Part shown: positions 58,585-64,000 of the stretch, one piece after another
How the letters are laid out: every line of letters starts with the position of its first letter
How positions within the stretch are numbered: position 1 is the stretch's first letter
Source: an uncultured Pseudomonadales bacterium
GTDB lineage: Bacteria > Patescibacteriota > Microgenomatia > UBA1400 > MFAQ01
Length of the DNA stretch: 64,000 nucleotides
NCBI GenBank assembly: GCA_964509695.1
Contig: CAZDXN010000002.1
Coordinates: 6,621-70,620 of the forward strand
Direction of reading: 5' to 3'
The notes under the pieces: model-generated
Told to the model about the DNA's origin: nothing
The model's database searches: none
What the model saw: only the letters and a program-made list of their open reading frames with translations
Made by a program: the position numbers and the translations under genes

Positions 58585-60376
58585 CATCAAGAAAAAAATT
58601 AACAATCTAAAACCAGTTAAATCCTGGAAAAGACGGCAAAAGAAAAAGGCGCTCAGAAACCAAGCTGTCAAAATTGCCTTTGGCGAGCAAGACCAGTTGG
58701 ATCTCATCTCGTATGCCGGACTTAAAGAAGAATCAAGCTATTTGCAGATTAACGACCGTTATGTGCGAACCCTGTTTGTATCCGGTTATCCATACATTGC
58801 CTCAACCGGCTGGCTGTCGATGCTCATTAACTTTAACCACGATATTGATATCAGCTACCACATTGAACAGGTTGATCCCATGATTGCGCTTCCTAAACTC
58901 AATAGAAAAATTACTGAGCTCGAATCCACTAAACGTACCATGCTTAAAGAAGGACGGGTCATTGGCAGCGAAATTACCGATCCTCTTGAATCGGCCATGG
59001 AACTCAAAGACAAAATCCAGCGGGGTATGGAAAAGCTCTTTCAAATCTCTATCTACATGACGATTACCGCTGAAAATCTCAACGAATTAAACAAAACCAC
59101 CAAACTGTTGGAAACGGTGATGCAAACCAGGCTATTTTATATAAAACCAGCCACTTTCCAACAAATAGAAGCCTTGCAATCAATTCTCCCCAGATCAGAA
59201 AATAAATTAGCCCAGAAGCGAAACTTGGACAGTTCCAGCACTGCCTTAACTTTCCCATTTGTCTCTTCGGAGCTCGTCCAAGAATCCGGTATTCTGTACG
59301 GCATTAACAAATCAAATAATTCACTGGTTATTGTAGATCGCTATAGTTTAAATAACGCCAACTCGATTATTTTTGCTCAATCTGGATCCGGTAAAAGTTA
59401 TACCGCCAAGGTCGAGATATTGCGACACCTCATGCAAGGCACGAAAGTGATCATTATTGATCCTGAACGCGAGTATAAACAGTTGGCAGCCAGTGTGAAC
59501 GGCACATATATTAAACTTTCCAGCACTTCCAAAGAAAAAATAAATCCCTTCGCGTATTCAAGGCGAGCAGTCACCGACGAAAATAACCTATCCGAGCAAA
59601 TTCAGGATCTCACCGAGCTAATATCTCTCATGGTAGGCTCGCTCACTTCAGAAGAAAGGGGTGCGGTGGATAAAGCCTTACTTCAAACATACAAAAACTT
59701 GGGTCTGACTCCGAGAAAAAATGCTAAAACACCGGAACAACTTGCGTATCCTCTCCTCAAGGACTTTTATAAAACTTTGAAGGCCATGAAGCAGAAAGAC
59801 CTCTGCAACCGGCTCGAACGATTTGTAAAGGGATCGCTCTCTACCGTTTTTGACTCACAAACGAACATTAAGCTGGATAACCGGCTGATTGTTTTTGATA
59901 TTAAGGATTTGAATGAGTCACTGCGGTCAATCATGATGATGGTTGTTGCAAATTTCGTTAATAACGAAGTTAAGCAAAATCCCCAAAAGCGAATGCTCGT
60001 TATTGATGAAGGATGGATGCTTCTTCAAGAACCGGAAAGCGCCAGATTTATCTCGGGTCTAGTCAGACGGGCCAGAAAATATTATTTGGGAGTAACGATC
60101 ATTACTCAGCAAGCTAATGACTTTTTAAATCAAGAATATGGTAAAGCCATCGCTAGCCAATCATCATTAAGAATTCTGATGCGCCAGGACACGACCACAA
60201 TCAAAAAAGTAGCCGATGAGTTCCATCTTTCCGGCTACGAACAACATTACTTACTAACGTGTGATCGGGGTGAGGCGCTTCTGATTGCTGATCAAAATCA
60301 TGTCGCGGTAAAGGTGGTAGCTTCGGATGAAGAACACCCACTTCTGACAACTGATCCCCGGGAAGTGTATATCTAG
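58577..60376 (+). CDS. VirB4/TraE/TrsE-like conjugation ATPase
   Basis: N domain RYVRTLFVSGYPYIASTGWL, Walker A FAQSGSGKSY, Walker B MLVIDEGW, and ITQQANDF. Confidence 0.88.
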   Translation: MFNIKKKINNLKPVKSWKRRQKKKALRNQAVKIAFGEQDQLDLISYAGLKEESSYLQINDRYVRTLFVSGYPYIASTGWLSMLINFNHDIDISYHIEQVDPMIALPKLNRKITELESTKRTMLKEGRVIGSEITDPLESAMELKDKIQRGMEKLFQISIYMTITAENLNELNKTTKLLETVMQTRLFYIKPATFQQIEALQSILPRSENKLAQKRNLDSSSTALTFPFVSSELVQESGILYGINKSNNSLVIVDRYSLNNANSIIFAQSGSGKSYTAKVEILRHLMQGTKVIIIDPEREYKQLAASVNGTYIKLSSTSKEKINPFAYSRRAVTDENNLSEQIQDLTELISLMVGSLTSEERGAVDKALLQTYKNLGLTPRKNAKTPEQLAYPLLKDFYKTLKAMKQKDLCNRLERFVKGSLSTVFDSQTNIKLDNRLIVFDIKDLNESLRSIMMMVVANFVNNEVKQNPQKRMLVIDEGWMLLQEPESARFISGLVRRARKYYLGVTIITQQANDFLNQEYGKAIASQSSLRILMRQDTTTIKKVADEFHLSGYEQHYLLTCDRGEALLIADQNHVAVKVVASDEEHPLLTTDPREVYI

Positions 60377-60378
60377 CC

Positions 60379-60984
60379 ATGAATCCAAAGTTAGTTTTTG
60401 CCCTCTGGTCGTTTCGCAAGGAATTAAAATACGTTCTTCTGGCATTTATTACCCTACTGATGCTCCCTGTGTTTGCAGTGGTTCTTCTCACTCAAGTTGG
60501 AATCAACCTAATTTCTGATAAACTCGTCGATCAAAATCCCCAAACTCAAAGTATTCAGATTAAAGATCCTGCTACCGGTGAGGTGGTCAAAGAGATTAAG
60601 CCGACCATAGTTTGGCCAACCAAAGGAGTCATTACCCTAGAATTTGGTGAGACAAGCATGTATCAGATATTTCATACCGGCATCGATATTGCCGGGAAAC
60701 TCAACGATCCGGTTAATCCGGCCATGGACGGCACAGTGATCTTCGCCGGAGAGATCTTCTGGGGATATGGTAAGCACATCATGATTGATCACGGAAACAA
60801 TATAACGAGCACCTATGCTCATCTAGACAAGATTTACGTCTACAAAGGCCAGAAAGTAACTATTACTGACACCATTGGGAAAGAGGGACAGACGGGTTGG
60901 GCCACAGGACCACATCTACACTTTGAAACAAGAATATATGGGATTCCAGTAAATCCGAGAGTATTTTTGGGATATGGAAATTGA
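60379..60984 (+). CDS. M23-family peptidoglycan endopeptidase (T4SS cell-wall hydrolase role inferred)
   Basis: N-terminal TM. HTGIDIAG and GPHLHFE zinc-ligand motifs. Confidence 0.85.
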   Translation: MNPKLVFALWSFRKELKYVLLAFITLLMLPVFAVVLLTQVGINLISDKLVDQNPQTQSIQIKDPATGEVVKEIKPTIVWPTKGVITLEFGETSMYQIFHTGIDIAGKLNDPVNPAMDGTVIFAGEIFWGYGKHIMIDHGNNITSTYAHLDKIYVYKGQKVTITDTIGKEGQTGWATGPHLHFETRIYGIPVNPRVFLGYGN

Positions 60985-61031
60985 AGAATTGTGGTGTCAA
61001 TTTATATATTTAATCCGTCAAGTAAAAACAG

Positions 61032-61061
61032 TTGACAGCTAGTGATTAACTCATGTATAGT
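61032..61061 (+). promoter_or_regulatory. candidate promoter TTGACA-18 nt-TATAGT, placed so the transcript would be leaderless or nearly so
   Basis: Hexamers at 61032-61037 and 61056-61061. The ATG of the LexA-like gene is at 61070. Confidence 0.4.
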
Positions 61062-61069
61062 GATAATCT

Positions 61070-61696
61070 ATGCATCAGATACAGGAAAAAATATTAGAAC
61101 TCGCTAAGACAAAAGACATCTTGGATCTTGGTATCCGACCGCTCGGTCGAGAAATAGGTATCGATCAACCCCAACTCGTAAAACATCATTTGAATCAGCT
61201 TCAGAAAAAAGGACTCATCAAGGCTAGATCTCGTTCCGATATTCAACAAATTCTTCAGCACAGCTCTTCTCTCCAACCATCGTTTGTAGAAATACCTGTG
61301 GTAGGTGCCGCTAACTGTGGTCCTGCTACGCTTTTTGCAGATGAGCATGTAGAAGAATATATTACAGTTTCCGAATCATTCTTGAAGAAGAAGGATAATG
61401 TTTTTGCACTCATTGCCAAGGGAGACTCCATGAATAGGGCTCAGATCAACGGCAACAACATTGAGGAGAATGATTATGTCGTGGTTGACGGCAATGCAAA
61501 AACTCCAAATTCTGGCGATTACATCCTATCTGTGATAGATAATTGCGCTAATATCAAAAAATATGCACGAACAAAGGATGGCAACATAGCCTTACTTTCC
61601 GAATCTACATCCAACCATCCACCCATTTACATAGGGGAAAATGACCAGTTCATAGTGAACGGCAAAATAATACAAGTTATAAAAGGAGCAAAATAA
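61070..61696 (+). CDS. LexA/CI-like repressor (wHTH plus S24 self-cleaving peptidase domain)
   Basis: N-terminal wHTH (LVKHHLNQLQKKGLI). S24 motifs: VVGAANCG, AKGDSMNRA (Ser) and ANIKKY (Lys). Confidence 0.8.
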   Translation: MHQIQEKILELAKTKDILDLGIRPLGREIGIDQPQLVKHHLNQLQKKGLIKARSRSDIQQILQHSSSLQPSFVEIPVVGAANCGPATLFADEHVEEYITVSESFLKKKDNVFALIAKGDSMNRAQINGNNIEENDYVVVDGNAKTPNSGDYILSVIDNCANIKKYARTKDGNIALLSESTSNHPPIYIGENDQFIVNGKIIQVIKGAK

Positions 61697-61697
61697 T

Positions 61698-62201
61698 ATG
61701 TCATACAAAAACAAAACTTATGTAGCTTTTGATGGAGACACTGATATGTGGGCGTATAGGCTAATGACGGCATGGAAATCTAATGAAAATATGGATTTCA
61801 ATTTTTATAATGCTCATGACCTAAATTCCGCGCGCGACACTAGTACAGAAGAATCGATAAAATCACAGCTCCGAGAGAGGATGGCAAATGCCAAGCAAAT
61901 GGTTTTGTTGGTTGGAGAAAAAACAAAAAATCTTCGTAAGTTTGTACCATGGGAAATTGAGCTAGCAAGAAAGAAAGATGTATCGATTATTGTTGTTAAT
62001 CTCAACGGAGATCGTGAGTATGACTCTACGCTCTGTCCATCTGCTGTGGGCACTGAAGTCTATACAATGCATGTGTCTTTTAATGCAAAAATTATCCAGT
62101 ATGCCTTGGACAATTTTCCTTCTAGATATCAAGATCATAAAAATGAGTTTCCGGGAAATTATTTTTATAAAGAAACTGTTTATAAAGAACTGGGTCTATG
62201 A
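61698..62201 (+). CDS. TIR-like domain protein (DUF1863 / ThsB-like)
   Basis: KTYVAFDGDTD...FNFYNAHDL...RDTSTEESIKSQLRERMANAKQMVLLVGEKT...FVPWEIELA. Paralogue of the 63055 product. Confidence 0.6.
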   Translation: MSYKNKTYVAFDGDTDMWAYRLMTAWKSNENMDFNFYNAHDLNSARDTSTEESIKSQLRERMANAKQMVLLVGEKTKNLRKFVPWEIELARKKDVSIIVVNLNGDREYDSTLCPSAVGTEVYTMHVSFNAKIIQYALDNFPSRYQDHKNEFPGNYFYKETVYKELGL

Positions 62202-63052
62202 CAAGCATATTAGCTTATAAAACAACTTTACTTTCTCGACAAACCTTGATTAAATTTGTTACTGCTTTTGTACAGTCGTTTGGTACTCTCGCAATTGCAC
62301 TAGGTGTTTTAGATATATTGTTTCCCAACACACTTGGGTTGAAATACCATGGCCTAGTGACTTTTACTACAGCATCTTTGGTATGGGCTGTAATTAGTAT
62401 TCATCCTCGATTTGAAATTTCTCGTCGGCTTTTAGTGCCGGACACCATAATCAAAATTAAAGTAGGAGATTTATTTAAGGAAGATGCTGATCTCATTATT
62501 GGTATGAACGACACCTTTGACACGGAAAAAGGAAACATCATCAAAGCAAAATCAATCCAAGGTCAATTTTTAGCAACAGTTTATAATGATGACACATCTA
62601 GATTAAACACAGATTTAACTACAGCACTTAACGGCATATCAGGGACTCGTGATAGTCAGAAATCTCAAGGAAAGAAAACACGTTACCCTATCGGTACAGT
62701 TGCAACTCTGACGGCAGGAACAAAAAAGTATTACTGCTCCGCGTACAGTTATATGGGAAACGATCTTAAAGCACAATCAGATATTAAAAAACTTTCCACG
62801 AGCTTAGATATGCTCTGGGGAGAAATTAGGCTAAAAGGTCAGCGAGGAAAAGTAGCAATGGCAGTTCTCGGATCGGATTTAGCAAGAATTGGTACAGCGT
62901 CACATTCTAATTTAATAAAGCTTATTGTTTCCTCATTCTTGTTGGCGTCGCGTGAAAGCCCTATCAGCGAACAATTAACGATTGTAGTTTATCCAAGCAA
63001 TCTGGAAAAGGTGAATATGTTGGAGTTAAACGATTTTTTACAAAACTTTTAA
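62198..63052 (+). CDS. two-TM plus Macro-like domain protein (type II Thoeris ThsA-like effector candidate)
   Basis: TM helices FVTAFVQSFGTLAIALGVLDILF and GLVTFTTASLVWAVISI. These are followed by IKIKVGDLFKEDADLIIGMNDTFDT, which resembles the macro-domain N-terminal strand and binding loop. Confidence 0.5.
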   Translation: MTSILAYKTTLLSRQTLIKFVTAFVQSFGTLAIALGVLDILFPNTLGLKYHGLVTFTTASLVWAVISIHPRFEISRRLLVPDTIIKIKVGDLFKEDADLIIGMNDTFDTEKGNIIKAKSIQGQFLATVYNDDTSRLNTDLTTALNGISGTRDSQKSQGKKTRYPIGTVATLTAGTKKYYCSAYSYMGNDLKAQSDIKKLSTSLDMLWGEIRLKGQRGKVAMAVLGSDLARIGTASHSNLIKLIVSSFLLASRESPISEQLTIVVYPSNLEKVNMLELNDFLQNF

Positions 63053-63054
63053 AT

Positions 63055-63612
63055 ATGGCATACAGAAACGGCACTTATATTGCGTTCCATGCAAACGACA
63101 CTCCCAACCCAACGGAGTCTGATATGAAATACTACAACACCTTGAGAATGTGGAAGGTGCGGGAGGACAGCGACTTCAGTTTTATAAATAGTCACGAAAA
63201 AACCGGATCAGTACGGGATACTAGTCAAAAAGAAACGCTTAAACGATCTCTAAGAGAGCGTTTGAACAATTCAAAAAACATGATTCTAATCATTGGCAAT
63301 ACCACTTACCAAGATACAGATTGGGTTCCATTTGAAATAGAACACGCGGTAGATGTCTGCAAAATTCCGATAATCGCTGCTTACCCTGCATACACATCAA
63401 TACTCGCTCCTTCAGAGTTGTCTAATTGGTGGCCTAAATCTTTGGCGGATAGAATAAATAATCGAACAGCTCATGTTATTCATATTCCTTTTAAACAGAA
63501 TCCTATTACGACTGCTGTTTCCCAGTTTAATTTTGATAATTTTCCGCTTGGTGAAGGATTGGGATATTACAATCGAGAAGCTTATATAAACTGGGGGTTA
63601 ATTAATAATTAA
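63055..63612 (+). CDS. TIR-like domain protein (DUF1863 / ThsB-like), second copy
   Basis: GTYIAFHAND...FSFINSHEK...RDTSQKETLKRSLRERLNNSKNMILIIGNTT...WVPFEIEHA. Confidence 0.6.
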   Translation: MAYRNGTYIAFHANDTPNPTESDMKYYNTLRMWKVREDSDFSFINSHEKTGSVRDTSQKETLKRSLRERLNNSKNMILIIGNTTYQDTDWVPFEIEHAVDVCKIPIIAAYPAYTSILAPSELSNWWPKSLADRINNRTAHVIHIPFKQNPITTAVSQFNFDNFPLGEGLGYYNREAYINWGLINN

Positions 63613-63618
63613 TAACAT

Positions 63619-64000
63619 ATGGCATTTGATGAATCAAAATATCGAAAAGGTTATTCAATCGGAGTTGGAGGAGTTGTAATACACGACAAAAAAGTTCTTC
63701 TTGTTAGGCGTGTTCGAGGTGAAGACACCGGTGAGTGGGCAATCCCCGGAGGATTTGTTGAAAAAAAAGAAAAAATAGAAGATGCGATAGCTAGAGAAGT
63801 TGAAGAGGAAACTAACATCAAGGTTAAAGTAGAAGGATTGATAGCCGTAAGGAATAGACTTTATAAAGATGAAAATAGTGTGTATTTCATATTTCTCCTT
63901 AAATCGACTACTGAGAAATTAGAATTAGAAAAATCAGAAGTAGACAAAGCAAAATTTTTCACTTTAACTGAAATAAAAAAACTTAAATGCTTACAGACCC
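63619..64000 (+). CDS. NUDIX hydrolase, 3'-partial (runs off the window; absent from the ORF track)
   Basis: Hand translation gives MAFDESKYRKGYSIGVGGVVIHDKKVLLVRRV...WAIPGGFVEKKEKIEDAIAREVEEETNIKV. Nudix box Gx5Ex7REVxEExN. Confidence 0.75.
   Translation, partial: MAFDESKYRKGYSIGVGGVVIHDKKVLLVRRVRGEDTGEWAIPGGFVEKKEKIEDAIAREVEEETNIKVKVEGLIAVRNRLYKDENSVYFIFLLKSTTEKLELEKSEVDKAKFFTLTEIKKLKCLQT

Larger units (their letters stand above)
37264..64000. mobile_element. integrative conjugative-type element inserted next to the 3' end of tRNA-Leu; right boundary not in the window
   Basis: tRNA-adjacent large serine recombinase, then a VirD4-like coupling ATPase, a replication-relaxation protein, VirB2/B6/B3/B4-like genes and an M23 hydrolase. 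Cargo: DGR, Fic, KilA-N/Bro-N, ABC transporter, TIR/Macro cassette. Strand polarity and composition change at the tRNA. Confidence 0.7.

Noticed and set aside
57964-60376. Reading 57964-58584 and 58577-60376 as one frameshifted VirB4 gene (206 + 599 aa is close to the typical VirB4 length)
   Set aside because: The 599-aa ORF already contains a VirB4-type N domain (RYVRTLFVSGYP...GWL) plus the complete ATPase domain. The 8-nt ATGTTTAA overlap is typical of translational coupling. The two are kept as separate genes, though a profile search could revisit this.
37264-64000. Right-hand attachment site (direct repeat of the tRNA-Leu 3' half) within the window
   Set aside because: I scanned by eye for ggttcaagtcctctcctcggca-like sequence downstream of the recombinase. 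The only hit was an unrelated tttcaagtcct, which lies outside the element in tig (about 36883). The right end of the element is therefore left undefined rather than guessed.

Overview
The window looks like a small-genome bacterium. Gene content, the type IV pilus locus and the hairpin repeats resemble Patescibacteria/CPR, but that assignment is inference only. Positions 1-37.1 kb are core chromosome. They carry a Xer-type recombinase, gyrA, ppa, gyrB and a holB-like gene. A complete type IV pilus locus follows (pilB-pilT-pilC-pilin-pilD, seven more pilin-like genes, pilM/N/O-like). The rest is a GIY-YIG gene embedded in MITE-like hairpin repeats, then rpsP, rnc, nusB, rpmF, recG, a class A PBP, pheST, rplT-rpmI-infC, tRNA-Val and tig. 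From tRNA-Leu(UAG) (37182-37263) to the window end lies an integrated conjugative-type element whose right end was not found. It encodes a large serine recombinase, an XRE regulator, a VirD4-like coupling protein, a replication-relaxation protein and a DUF2958 protein. It also carries a VirB2/VirB6/VirB3/VirB4-like module with an M23 hydrolase. Two cargo systems stand out. (1) A complete diversity-generating retroelement: avd, a 120-nt TR, an RT and a VR 5.1 kb downstream, with 17 of 18 mismatches at TR adenines. Its giant surface target is interrupted only by an in-frame TGA that the TR itself templates, at the position of a conserved Trp. (2) A Thoeris type II-like cassette: TIR-like, 2TM+Macro-like, TIR-like, flanked by a LexA-like repressor and a NUDIX hydrolase. 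No rRNA or CRISPR array was seen. All family calls come from motif recognition by eye, not from searches.
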